Shown here in pieces: positions 21,759 through 31,860 of a stretch of 64,000 bases of DNA (position 1 is its first letter; each line of letters opens with the position of its first letter). Where the stretch lies: positions 55,295 through 119,294 of the forward strand of contig CAVZNJ010000019.1 in the NCBI GenBank assembly GCA_963776615.1. Direction: 5' to 3'. Under the pieces are notes generated by a model, which was given only the letters and a program-made list of their open reading frames with translations, ran no database searches and had not been told where the DNA came from. Position numbers and translations under genes: made by a program. Source of the DNA: an uncultured Verrucomicrobiae bacterium. GTDB taxonomy: Bacteria; Verrucomicrobiota; Verrucomicrobiia; Chthoniobacterales; UBA10450.

Positions 21759-22671
21759 GCACTCCCTGACATTGTTGGCTGAGCCTGCGGAGCGTCCGCA
21801 TGTTTTCACGTCTTCGCGCAAATCTTTACCTTTCGGAGTTTCCAGCACCTTCGGGATTTTGCGGAAACGGCGGTCGCGCATGATGACCCGAAATGCGTCC
21901 AGTCCGATTTGACCCTTGCCGATGTGCTCGTGACGATCGACCCGTGATCCGCACGCAGTCTTGGAATCATTCAAGATGCAGCGCGACCAGGCGCTCCATC
22001 CCAATGGCGCGATCGAATTCACGAAACATTTTTCGAGTTCCACCTTCAGTCGTCAGGTCAAAACCTGCGGCGAAGACATGGGCGGTGTCGAGACAGACGC
22101 AGAGTCGTTCCGGTTCGCGCACCTGGGCAATGATCGCGGCAAGATGCTCGAACGTGTGCCCGAGCGATGAGCCCTGGCCCGCGGTGGTCTCGAGCGCAAT
22201 CCGCGACTTCACTTTTGGAATCGCGGCGAAGATTTGATCGATTGACCTGGCGATCTTCTCAATTCCGACTTCTTCGCCGGCGCCAAGATGCGCTCCCGGG
22301 TGCAGGACGATAAAGGGCAGGCCAAGTTGATCTGCCCGCATCAACTCTTCCGCGAGCGCGCGGAGGGAATTGACGTGGAACTGTGGATTGGTCGCAGCCA
22401 GATTGATCAGGTAATTGGCGTGCGCAAACACTGCCGCCAACTTCTGCCGATCGGCGTGTTCGAGGAACGCGCGGATCTCGTCGCGGGTGAACGGCCGCGC
22501 AAACCACTGCATGTTGTTTTTCACGAAAATCTGCATCGCGCGGCATTGGATCGAACACGCACGTTCAATCGCACGGTGGACGCCGCCACCGATCGACATG
22601 TGAGAGCCGAGGAGAATTTCTGGTTGTGCGCCTCTCGATCCTGCTCCGTCAGGCGCGACGATTTTGTTCAT
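21750..22671 (-). pseudogene. nfo: deoxyribonuclease IV (endonuclease IV), at least 2 frameshifts
   Basis: ...GSHMSIGGG...HANYLINLA...VLHPGAH...CLDTAHVFAAG...LVALHL ends in a stop at 21967. The canonical HLNDSK...GSRVDRHEHIGKGQIG continues in another frame, and the tail ...DVKNMRTLRRL is in a third frame. Confidence 0.85.
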
Positions 22672-22689
22672 TCAACAATTAGAAAATTC

Positions 22690-25091
22690 TCAGAACCTTT
22701 TCGGTCGCCAGACCGGTTTCGTTAGCGTGCCTTCGCCGTGGTATTCGAAAAGTTTGTAGATCGGAGTCAGGACCGCGCCCGGTCCGCCAGCGTCGATTCG
22801 AATATCGAAGTCGAGGTTGTTCTTGAGAAAGTTGATATCGCCGTGCCCGACCATGGAAAAGAGTTTGCCCGGGACGGTCAGCTTGTCGGTGTGAATCACG
22901 CCGTCCTTGATCGTGAAAGGCGCAGTCGCCTCGTGCGCGATGCTGTAGCCGACGCCGGTGAACATCTTACTGATCACGTCGGAGAGCGGCCCGAAGACCG
23001 GAATCGCAAAGACGTTGCCATTCGTGACCGTCGACATTGCCAGTGCCGTGCAGTGCGCGCTTATCCCCGCCCGTCCCACCGAAATCGAATTTGCCGCTGA
23101 GCGCGCCCTGCGATGTCTTATACTTGAAGTAAAGATCGGTCACGCTCGGGAAATCGATTTTTTCGACCGCGACGTGCGCGGTGTAATGATGATCGTTGCG
23201 CGCTAACGAAATATCGGCGCCGCCGGTGATCGCTCCCGAGAAAGAGCGTCCCTTTCAGGTTCAGGATTTGGAGCCGATCATCGGTGAAAAGGAGCTGACC
23301 GGAGACTCTTTCGAACCGGCAGAACCTTATCGATGAAGGTGTAATCCATTCCGGCGGGCGCATCGACGTTGAGCTCAAGATGAGTCTGTTTCCCGCCCGC
23401 AAACTGGACGATTCCATTCACGGTCACATGCGGCGTGCGATGAAAGCGGTAGGGCACAACATGTTCCCAGAAAGCGCGGCTCGACCCACATGATGGCCTC
23501 GCTCGGTTTCGAGTGGCTCACCACATTCGTTAGGCGAAGCTCGTGCTTTCGATCGTCGTAGAAGAAACTGCCACTGCCGCTGCCTTCGTCGCGATTGACG
23601 CGGAAGTTCTCCAGCCCGATCGCACCATCACCAAAGCGAATGTTTGGCGTAGCGTTGTTCATCCAGACTCCGCGAAAGCGGGTTCGGCCGAGCGCCAAGA
23701 GTGCCCTCGCCGTGCCAGGTGCCGGGATCTCGGCTGGTTCCGCGGATGGTGAGATGAATATTCGGCGGCCGTTGCCATTCCCATTCCCGCAGAAATGGTC
23801 GCAGACTTTCCGGCGCCAAGCGGCAAAGCGACGCACGGCAAAATCGTGCTCTCGACATTGAGCCGAAAGTCGTTGGGCGCTTCGAACAGGTCGGCGCTTA
23901 GCTCGCCGCTGCGCTGGCGCAAGCGAATGTCGCGCAGCATGGTGCGCTCGCCGTCCCAGGCGAAGTCGCAGGAAAATTTTCGAATGCGAATTTCCCGGTA
24001 GGCGAAATTTCGAGGGCGACATGGCCGGTGATTTTCATTTCCTGGGTGTCCGCGCCGACATTGACGTAGCCGGAGGCCTCGATCTGCGGCGGGCACTGGA
24101 AGGTGATCCCGTTGAGCAGCGGTCAAAACCGAAACCGCCTAACAATGACTTGAGGTCGGCGCTGCTCCGAGCTGGAAATTCGCGCGTCGATTTTCGCCGC
24201 TCCAAGTCGCGGTGCCGGCCAGGCGCCCGGTGCGATCGCTCCATTCCACCCGCGGGATGTAGAGCGTGCGGTCCTTCCATTCTCCCGCGAGATAAAAATT
24301 GTGCGCTTCATATTGTTCCCGCACGATTTGATTGCCTCGTAGGGTCGCCTCGACATGCGCATCCTCGAGATGGGAGAGGTCGCCGGCGAATTTCACCTGC
24401 AATTCCGGCGGCCGCGGCCGGGTAATGAAATCGCTGCAAGGTGGTGACCAAAGTCTGGAAAAGACGCAAGCGCTGGGCGGCTTCCTCGGCCGATTCCTTT
24501 CCGTGCCGGTCGATAGGATTCGCGCTTGATCAATTGACCGCTAGCCGAGATTCGAATTCCGCAAAAGATTCCCTCCGCCTGGCTGACCTCAATCCTTTCC
24601 GGCGGAAAATAAACATGCGCACGAAATCGCTTCAGTTCCGCGTTTGGCACCTGGCCGGGAGTGGCCGGCAACGGAATGGTGAGGTTCCCGTTGCGAATGT
24701 CGAGCGCGTTGAGGAATGGCTCGTGATGGAAGAGCGCGGCGTAATTGATATCGAGCGAGATTTCGCTCACGACCGCGAGCGTTTTCTCGCGTCGCTTGTA
24801 GTCGTAAATGCGCACGTCACGCGCGATCAGCCCGCGAAAGGGATCGAGCGTCAGGCGGCGAACCGAGGCTTCGACCCCGCGCTTGTGCAATTCTTCCACC
24901 ACGAGGTCTCGCCAGTTTCGGCTGAATCCTTTTTTCGCCAAATACCAGCCGCCGGCCGCGAGTCCGCCGAGAATAACTACCGTCGTTAGGCGAAGAAATG
25001 AATGCCAGAGTCGCACCGCGGCCGGATGACGAACACGGCCGCGATGCAGCCGTGGCCGCGGAGGCGATTCGCGCTCCAAAGTCGAGGGCAT
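22690..25091 (-). pseudogene. large N-terminally anchored envelope protein (AsmA-like, tentative), at least 6 frameshifts
   Basis: Five consecutive minus-strand ORF pieces follow each other in different frames: 24393-25091 with a TM anchor, 24139-24402, 23375-24126, 23118-23417 and 22690-23079. Their composition is coherent (e.g. ...KFSCDFAWDGERTMLRDIRL..., ...FTIKDGVIHTDKLTVPGKLFSMVGHGDINF...). Confidence 0.55.
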
Positions 25092-25173
25092 GCTGACCCG
25101 TACTGCGCGGGACGGGGAAAGCGAAGGGGGTCCCAGGGACGGAGGATTGGAGTGTTGGCTGCAGCGATGAAGC

Positions 25174-25204
25174 GTTACATCGTGAATCGTTAAATCGTTA
25201 AAAC
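25174..25204. repeat. short tandem heptamer-like repeat in divergent promoter region
   Basis: gttacatcgtgaatcgttaaatcgttaaaac. It shares cgtgaatcgtta and gttacatcg, in inverted orientation, with the repeat at 27214-27259. Confidence 0.7.
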
Positions 25205-25304
25205 TGAACCCGCCGATTTACGAGTCGCGCTTGCCAGCGCATGATTGGGCAGATTTATCACTTCAACGCTTCAACACTCGAACCCGTCAGCTTCATCAAC
25301 CTCG

Positions 25305-25749
25305 ATGACCATCACCGATCTTCCCACGTTCAACGCGACCATGCAACGCGATCAGCACCGTCTTTATTTCGTTAGGGTGGTGGTTTATTCGGCGCGGGTT
25401 TTGGCGGCAACACATCGCCTGCATGATCACCGCAATCGTTTCCTCCTCATTTTTTCTCGCCGGCTACATTGTTTATCACCTCCATGTTGGCGAAAAATCT
25501 TCCGGCTACACCGGGCTGATCGCGTGGTTCTACTTTCCGCTTTTGATTTCCCACATCCTTCTCGCCTTCGTCACTCTGCCGCTGGTGATCCTGACCCTGG
25601 TGCCAGTCTTTCGCCGTCGCTGGGAAAGCCATCGCCGGATCGCGAAATGGACGATGCCGATCTGGCTTTACGTTTCCGTCACCGGGGTGCTGGTTTATTT
25701 AATGATCTATCAATGGTTCCCGCCGGCCAGTCTTGCGCTCGGGCGCTAG
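25305..25749 (+). pseudogene. DUF420-family membrane protein, frameshift near 25345
   Basis: MTITDLPTFNAT, then the next frame reads NAISTVFISLGWWFIRRGFWRQHIACMITAIVSSSFFLAGYIVYH...FPLLISHILLAFVTLPLV... Confidence 0.7.
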
Positions 25750-25791
25750 TTGATGTTTGATCCATCACGTCCAACGCGCGCGCGACATTTT

Positions 25792-26318
25792 ATGGTAACC
25801 ATCGCGACCTACAATGAACCGGCGAAAGCCAAGCGGCTGAAGGAAAAGTTCATCGCCGCCGGGGTAAAAGCCGATCTGCATAACGAAGCGAATCTGCAGA
25901 CCTATGCCTTCATGTCGAAGCCAAAGGCCAACGCGCAGGTGATGGTGGAGGAAAAGGATTTCGAGCGAGCGCACAATCTGATGGTGGAATGGGAGGCAGC
26001 CGATCCCGATATCGCCGCCCTGCGTTGTGCGCAATGCAATTCGACTCGAATCCAGTACCCGCAGTTGACCCGCAAGTTTCTCATCCCGGAGCAGCGGCGA
26101 TCTTGCTCGCGCTGAAAGTTTTTCCGAAGGAATTCTACTGCCAGGATTGTCATTTCACCTGGACGGACGAGGTGGAGCGACCGCGTTATCGGCTCTGGAA
26201 CATGCTCTCTTTTCGGGACGGAAGACCGAGAGTTGACCGTCGCGCGCCGCAGTCATCACAACCCTCGGCGGCGCCGGCCGACGGCCTTGTCGTTAGGCGA
26301 AATCACCCACGCCGATGA
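25792..26318 (+). pseudogene. DUF2007-like small protein with Cys4 zinc ribbon, frameshift at C-run 26085-26087
   Basis: MVTIATYNEPAKAKRLKEKFIAAGVKADL...RCAQCNSTRIQYPQLTRKFLIP, then the next frame reads GAAAILLALKVFPKEFYCQDCHFTWTDE. The 3' end is uncertain. Confidence 0.5.
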
Positions 26319-27160
26319 AGTGGATCTTCGCTTTCCTGCTCGCGGTCGCGATCTTCGGCAGCGCCGCCTATTTCAGCTACAAAATTTTTATCCGGCCGGA
26401 AATGGTCATGCGCGCGGAAAAACAAGCCGTGCACAGCCCCATGCCAACGCCGGACGTCAGTCTCCCGGAATTCGAAGGCCGCGTAAAAGAATAAAAGAGG
26501 ACGGCGAATCTGCTCGAAGCCCGCGCGGCCTTGACCTCGTTGATTCAGAAGGTATCCCAGCGGTCTGCACGTCGGCGAAGCGCAGGATCTTCTCGGGGAG
26601 ATCAACACCGGCATTCTCCTTTCGAATTATCCGGCGCCCGAAAAGGAGGAATACGTCGTCCGCCGGGGCGATGTTCTGGCGCGGGTGGCGACGAAGACTA
26701 AAACAACGCCGGAGCTACTCATGCGCGCAAACAATCTCAGCAACACAATGCTCCGGATTGGGCAGAGACTGCTCGTTTCGCGTCCCGAATTTTCCATTCT
26801 GATTCAGCGCAACGCGAAGTGGCTGTATCTGCTCGATCACGACCGATTTTTTAAACGTTACCGTTTGCTAGACGAAAAACTACCGGTTAGTTCGGCCGCA
26901 AAGATTGACGACCCACGTCGCCGAGATCATGGCCTGGAAGAACGGGAAACGAATCGGAGTCGGCAGCCCACATTTCCTTGATAGCACCCGTTGGATTCGG
27001 CTCGTCACACCGGGATACGTCCTTTATTCCGAGCCCGACGATTCCCATCAGATTCTCGAAATGCCCGCCACCGGGGCAGGGAGTTGGGATGAGCGCGACT
27101 GACGTCGAGGAGCTAAGCAGTCTTGTAAACCCGAAAACGGCTGTCACCATTGTTGAGTGA
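26315..27160 (+). pseudogene. membrane-anchored LysM + L,D-transpeptidase (YkuD-like) protein, about 3 frameshifts and an in-frame TAA
   Basis: MKWIFAFLLAVAIFGSAAYF (anchor), TAA at 26492-26494, then ...YVVRRGDVLARVATKTKTTPELLMRANNLSNTMLRIGQRLLV (LysM). Later pieces ...AWKNGKRIGVGSPHF... and ...GIGMSATDVEELSSLVNPKTAVTIVE are in other frames. Confidence 0.55.
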
Positions 27161-27213
27161 AAAATCGAGATTCGTTACCTCGAGACTGGATCGGACCCTG
27201 CGCGCTGGGAAGT

Positions 27214-27259
27214 CGATGTAACGATTCACGATTCACGATTTCACGGTCAACGTTTCACG
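27214..27259. repeat. six tandem ~7-nt units (ACGATTC-like) immediately upstream of accA
   Basis: cgatgta acgattc acgattc acgatttc acggtca acgtttc acg. It ends 5 nt before the accA ATG (27264). Confidence 0.8.
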
Positions 27260-27263
27260 CCGG

Positions 27264-28241
27264 ATGGATTCGCAACCGCTCGACTTCGAAAAACCGGTGC
27301 TCGAACTGCAGCGCCGGTTCCAGGAGTTGAAGTCACATTCCGACAAGCACGATCTCGATTTCGACTCCGAAGTCGAATCGATGGAGCTCAAGATCCGCGA
27401 AACGCGCCGGCAGATTTACGAGAACCTGACCGCCTGGCAGCGAGTGCAAATCGCCCGCCATGTGCAACGACCGTTCGCACTCGATTACGTCTGGCGCTGT
27501 TTCACCGACTGGGTCGAATTGCATGGCGATCGGTTTTTGGTGACGACAAGGCGATGCCTTGCGGTCTCGCCCAGCTCGGAGCACATCGCTGCGTCGTTAT
27601 CGCCCAGCAAAAAGGCCGGGACACAAAGGAAAACGTGAAACGCAATTTTGGTTGCGCTTACCCGAAGGGTATCGCAAGGCCCTGCGAATCATGCGTCTCG
27701 GGGAGAAATTCAAGCTTCCGATCATTGCGTTAATCGACACGCCGGGCGCTTATCCCGGGATCGGTTCCGAGGAGCGCCACATCGCGGAGGCGATCGCGGT
27801 CAATTTGCGCGAGATGATGACTCTGCGGGTTCCGATTCTCGCCTGCGTCATCGGCGAAGGCGGTTCCGGCGGCGCACTCGGAATCGGCGATTGCGGATGC
27901 GCGTTCTAATTCTCGAAAACGCTTACTATTCGGTTATCAGTCCCGAGGCCTGTTCCGCCATTCTTGTGGAAGGATCGCAAACACGCCGCGGAAGCGGCCG
28001 AAGCCCTGAAGCTGACAGCGGAGGACTTAAAGAGCTCGGCGTAATCGATGAAGTCGTCGCCGAACCAGAAGGCGGAGCGCATCGCGATCACGACCTCGCC
28101 GCCGCCAATCTCGGGTCGGGCGTTGCGCCGCAACCTGAAGCGCGCGCTCGAGACGCCAATCGATCAGCTCTCGCGGAGCGCTACGCCAAATTTCGCAAGC
28201 TCGGCAACTTCGCCGAACCAACAAAGAAAAACGGCGCCTAA
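27264..28241 (+). pseudogene. accA: acetyl-CoA carboxylase carboxyltransferase alpha subunit, about 7 frameshifts
   Basis: The AccA sequence is recoverable only by frame-hopping: MDSQPLDFEKPVLELQ...VELHGDRF / [14 protein letters not shown]...KRNFGCAYP / [39 protein letters not shown]...[12 protein letters not shown] / [22 protein letters not shown] / WKDRKHAAEAAEALKLTAEDLK / ELGVIDEVVAEPEGGAHRD / LRRNLKRALETPIDQL / AERYAKFRKLG. Confidence 0.85.
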
Positions 28242-28285
28242 CGAATTTTGATTCCCGACAGGAGCGGGCCTCGGCCACCGCGGCT

Positions 28286-29167
28286 TTATTTTTGGCGCAC
28301 CGGAGGATAGAGAAAACCCAGAGCATCGCCGACCCGCGCTCCCCACGCTGACTCGTTGTGCCCGGCGCCCTTGGCTTCAAAATATTGGAGATCAACCGAC
28401 AGCCGCCAGCCTTTCGCGATCAGCCGATCGCGCACCTTTTGCAGCCGTTCCCAACCGATCTCGTCGGTTCCGGTGTCGAGCCAGATCTTAAGCGGAAGCT
28501 TGCCGTCGAGCTTCTCGATCATGCGCAAGATCACTTCGTCGTCCCACCACACGGCCGGTGACATGACCATAAGGCGATTGAAGAATTCGGGGAACCAAAG
28601 CCCGAGCGCCAGCGTGATCAGCCCGCCCATCGATGATCCCCCCAGCCCGGTAAATTCCGCTTCACGTTTCGTGCGATATTTCCGGTCGATGTAGGGCTTC
28701 AACTCCTCGGTCAGAAAGCGGCCGTATTCCCGGCCCAGACCGCGACTGCGTTTCTCTTCCAGCGCGCTTTCAAAAATCGCACCGGGCGTGGGGGCGTATT
28801 CATGAACGCGATCTTCACCCGTATTGGCCACCGTCACGATGATGAGTGGCTCGATCTGGTATCTCGGGATCAGACGTTGCACGGTTTCGTCCACGCCCCA
28901 TTCAACGCCGGCAAAGGAAGTCGCGGCGTCGAACACATTCTGGCCGTCGTGGAGATAGAGCACCGGATAACGATGCCGGGAAAATCGCCGGTAGCTGCGG
29001 GGCAGATAAACCAACACATCACGCCGGTTGCCCAGGATGCGCGACTCAAACTGCGAATGGGATTTAATGTTCCCGGTAAGCGTGTGTTTTTGTTCCATCG
29101 GCGCGCTTGTATCGGCGAGGAGAATCCTCCGTGCAAGCCATCGCTCGGCTTGCGGTGGAAAAATCAC
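28286..29167 (-). CDS. putative esterase (enterochelin-esterase-like alpha/beta hydrolase)
   Basis: ...VLVYLPRSY...YPVLYLHDGQNVF...FTGLGGSSMGGLITL (GxSxG)...MSPAVWW. A possible start is ATG 29098. Confidence 0.75.
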   Translation of the reverse strand: MIFPPQAERWLARRILLADTSAPMEQKHTLTGNIKSHSQFESRILGNRRDVLVYLPRSYRRFSRHRYPVLYLHDGQNVFDAATSFAGVEWGVDETVQRLIPRYQIEPLIIVTVANTGEDRVHEYAPTPGAIFESALEEKRSRGLGREYGRFLTEELKPYIDRKYRTKREAEFTGLGGSSMGGLITLALGLWFPEFFNRLMVMSPAVWWDDEVILRMIEKLDGKLPLKIWLDTGTDEIGWERLQKVRDRLIAKGWRLSVDLQYFEAKGAGHNESAWGARVGDALGFLYPPVRQK

Positions 29168-29375
29168 CTCGAGCCCGGGATTCCGAGGCCCTTCGCTGTA
29201 TCCACGAGCCGGGTTTCAGCCCGAGAATACCGGTGTTCCACCACCTCTACCCCGATTCGCATGAGCACTTATTCTTTCCCATCGCGAAGCGCGCTTTCCG
29301 GCGAGCGCGGATTGTTGAATCGGAATTTTGCCCTCTTCTCATCTGCGGAAATCTGCGTAATCTGCGGACTCTTCT

Positions 29376-30341
29376 ATGAAAAAAATCGGCATTCTCTACG
29401 GCCAGGAAAACACCTTCCCACCGGCATTTGTTGAGCGAGTGAACCAGAAAACCGGCGGGCACGGCATGATGGCCGAGTCGGTTCGGATCGACAAAGTCGT
29501 CCAGGGCGAAGCCTGCGGCTACGACGTCGTGATCGATCGTATTTCGCAGGATGTGCCGTTCTATCGCGCCTGGCTCAAGAACGAAGCGCTCACCGGCTGT
29601 GCGGTGGTCAACAATCCGTTTTGGTGGAGCGCCGACGAGAAGTTTTTCAATAACGCGCTCGCGACCAAGATCGGCGTGGCGGTACCAAAAACCGTCCTCC
29701 TGCCCTCCCACGCACTGCCGACGGACACGAGCAACGAGTCCTTCCGCAACCTCGCCTACCCGCTCGATTGGGACTCGATTTTCGCCTACATCGGCTGGCC
29801 GGCTTTTTTCAAACCCTTCGCCGGCGGCGGCTGGAAAAATGTCTACAAGCTGCATAACCCGGAAGAGTTTTTCCGGGCCTACAGCGAGACCGGCCAGCTC
29901 GTCATGATGCTGCAGGAGGAAGTCCAATTTCAGATGTATTTCCGCTGTTACTCGATCGATCAACGCAAGGTCCTGATCATGAATTACGAGCCGCGTAATC
30001 CTTATCATCTGCGCTACAGGACCGATTGGAAGGCACCGCGCGACATCCTGGAAAAGGTCGAGCAAGGCGTCCTGACGCTGAATCAATACCTCGGCTACGA
30101 CCTGAATACGGTCGAGTTCGCGATTCGCGACGGCGTGCCGGTGGCGATCGACTTTTGCAATCCCGCACCCGATGCCGAACGGAGCAACGTCGGGGAGGAA
30201 AATTTCCAGTGGGTGGTGGAAGCCGTTTCCGACATGGCGATCCGCAAAGCGCAGGAGCACGTTTCCGGACGCGACAACCTGAGCTGGGGGAGATACGTCC
30301 AGGCCGCGGTCAATCGACGTTCGTTAGGCGAGCTGGCCTGA
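29376..30341 (+). CDS. ATP-grasp domain protein (RimK/glutathione-synthase-like)
   Basis: 321 aa, MKKIGILYGQENTF...KIGVAVPKTVLLP...WPAFFKPFAGGGWKNVYKLHNPEEF...VEFAIRDGVPVAIDFCNP. Confidence 0.6.
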   Translation: MKKIGILYGQENTFPPAFVERVNQKTGGHGMMAESVRIDKVVQGEACGYDVVIDRISQDVPFYRAWLKNEALTGCAVVNNPFWWSADEKFFNNALATKIGVAVPKTVLLPSHALPTDTSNESFRNLAYPLDWDSIFAYIGWPAFFKPFAGGGWKNVYKLHNPEEFFRAYSETGQLVMMLQEEVQFQMYFRCYSIDQRKVLIMNYEPRNPYHLRYRTDWKAPRDILEKVEQGVLTLNQYLGYDLNTVEFAIRDGVPVAIDFCNPAPDAERSNVGEENFQWVVEAVSDMAIRKAQEHVSGRDNLSWGRYVQAAVNRRSLGELA

Positions 30342-30446
30342 CGAAGGTCGCATTGTTCCGGAGAGTACAGACCATTGACCGGGCCGTTGCCTGCACCGGA
30401 TGACAAATTGCGGGTGCTCCTCTCTTCGGCTTAACTTGCTCCTCCC

Positions 30447-31670
30447 ATGAGTATCGAAGTCAAAATCCCGCCGGTGGGCGAATCGATCGAGAGCGGAGTC
30501 GTTTCCGTCTGGCACAGGAAATCGGGCGACTTTGTCGAAGCCGGTGAGGCGCTCCTGACCCTCGAGACCGACAAAGTTTCGACCGAGATCACGGCCGAGA
30601 AAGCCGGCTTGCTGGAAACGAAAGTGGATGAAGGCCAGGAAGTGAAAATCGGCGAAGTAGTGGCGGTAATTGACGATCAGGCAACGGAGCCGGTCAAAAC
30701 CAACGCGGCCTCGACCAAGGACCCGGCGCCAGCCGTAAAATCCGACGGCAAACGGTCGCCTAACGCCGGCGTTCTCTCCCCGGCGGTGCAACGGATGACC
30801 ATCGAAGAAAAACTCGATCCTGCCACAATCGCCGCTACCGGCAAGGGCGGCCGCCTGACGAAAGGCGACGTGATTGCTCATCTCAAAGCAGAAACGCAAC
30901 CGGTCGTCGACGACCAGGAAAAGCCGCGCCAGCGCAAGGAAGCTGCCGCCGAGATTTCAACCGGGGACGTGGGGCGCTTTACCCGCAGGAAGATGTCTCC
31001 ACTCCGTCGCAAGATCGCGGCCCAGATGGTCATGGCGCAGCAGACTGCCGCCATTCTCACCACCTTCAACGAATGCGACATGAGTGAAGTGATGGCGCTG
31101 CGCAAAAAAGCGCAGGAGAAATTTCAGGCCGATCACGGAGTCAAACTCGGCTTCATGTCGTTCTTCATCAAAGCGGCCGTCGACGCCCTTAAGGCGGTGC
31201 CCGCGATCAACAGCCGGATCGAAGGTGACGATTTTATTACCAATCGTTACTATGACATCGGAGTCGCGGTCGGAACGGAGCGCGGCCTTGTCGTGCCGGT
31301 GGTGCGCGATGCGGACAAGAAGAGCTTTGCCGATCTCGAACGTGACATCGCCGATTTCGCGACCCGGGCGCGCGACGGGAAAATCAAGATCGAGGACCTG
31401 CAAGGCGGCACCTTCACCATCTCGAATGGCGGCGTTTACGGTTCGCTCATGGGTACGCCGATCCTCAATCCGCCCCAGAGCGGCATCCTCGGCATGCACG
31501 CCATTAAGGAGCGTCCGGTGGCAGTGAAAGGGACAGTGATCGTTAGGCCAATGATGTATCTCGCGCTCAGCTACGATCACCGCGCGGTCGACGGCAAGGA
31601 AGCGGTCACTTTTCTCGTCAAGGTAAAGGAAGCGATCGAGAACCCGACCGCGCTATTGCTCGAGCTCTAA
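30447..31670 (+). CDS. sucB: dihydrolipoyllysine-residue succinyltransferase (2-oxoglutarate dehydrogenase E2)
   Basis: Lipoyl domain ...[13 protein letters not shown]..., E3-binding segment, and catalytic ...[27 protein letters not shown]. Confidence 0.85.
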   Translation: MSIEVKIPPVGESIESGVVSVWHRKSGDFVEAGEALLTLETDKVSTEITAEKAGLLETKVDEGQEVKIGEVVAVIDDQATEPVKTNAASTKDPAPAVKSDGKRSPNAGVLSPAVQRMTIEEKLDPATIAATGKGGRLTKGDVIAHLKAETQPVVDDQEKPRQRKEAAAEISTGDVGRFTRRKMSPLRRKIAAQMVMAQQTAAILTTFNECDMSEVMALRKKAQEKFQADHGVKLGFMSFFIKAAVDALKAVPAINSRIEGDDFITNRYYDIGVAVGTERGLVVPVVRDADKKSFADLERDIADFATRARDGKIKIEDLQGGTFTISNGGVYGSLMGTPILNPPQSGILGMHAIKERPVAVKGTVIVRPMMYLALSYDHRAVDGKEAVTFLVKVKEAIENPTALLLEL

Positions 31671-31698
31671 TCGCGTTCGTTGGCAACGCTCATTCCCT

Positions 31699-31783
31699 GG
31701 TGGGACGAGACTTCGTCGGGCCAGAGGACAAACGGGATTTGCAGCGAGAGCGCGCTCCCGGCTCGACAGAGTCTCGCCCTACC
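31699..31783. repeat. long imperfect GC-rich hairpin element in the sucB-lpdA spacer
   Basis: ggtggg(a)cgagact...gtcgggcc pairs with ggctcgac...agtctcgccc(t)acc. This gives about 21 bp of stem with two bulges and one G-U around a ~38-nt loop. Confidence 0.6.
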
Positions 31784-31860
31784 GAAGATTGCCTCCGGGA
31801 TGACAAGGTGGAGCGACGCGCTTAGATAATACGACCCCGGCAACCAACCCTTTTCTGTCC

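Noticed and set aside
27251-27259. parS-like half-site CGTTTCACG upstream of accA
   Set aside because: Only one half of the 16-bp palindromic parS consensus is present. It is part of the local heptamer repeat instead.
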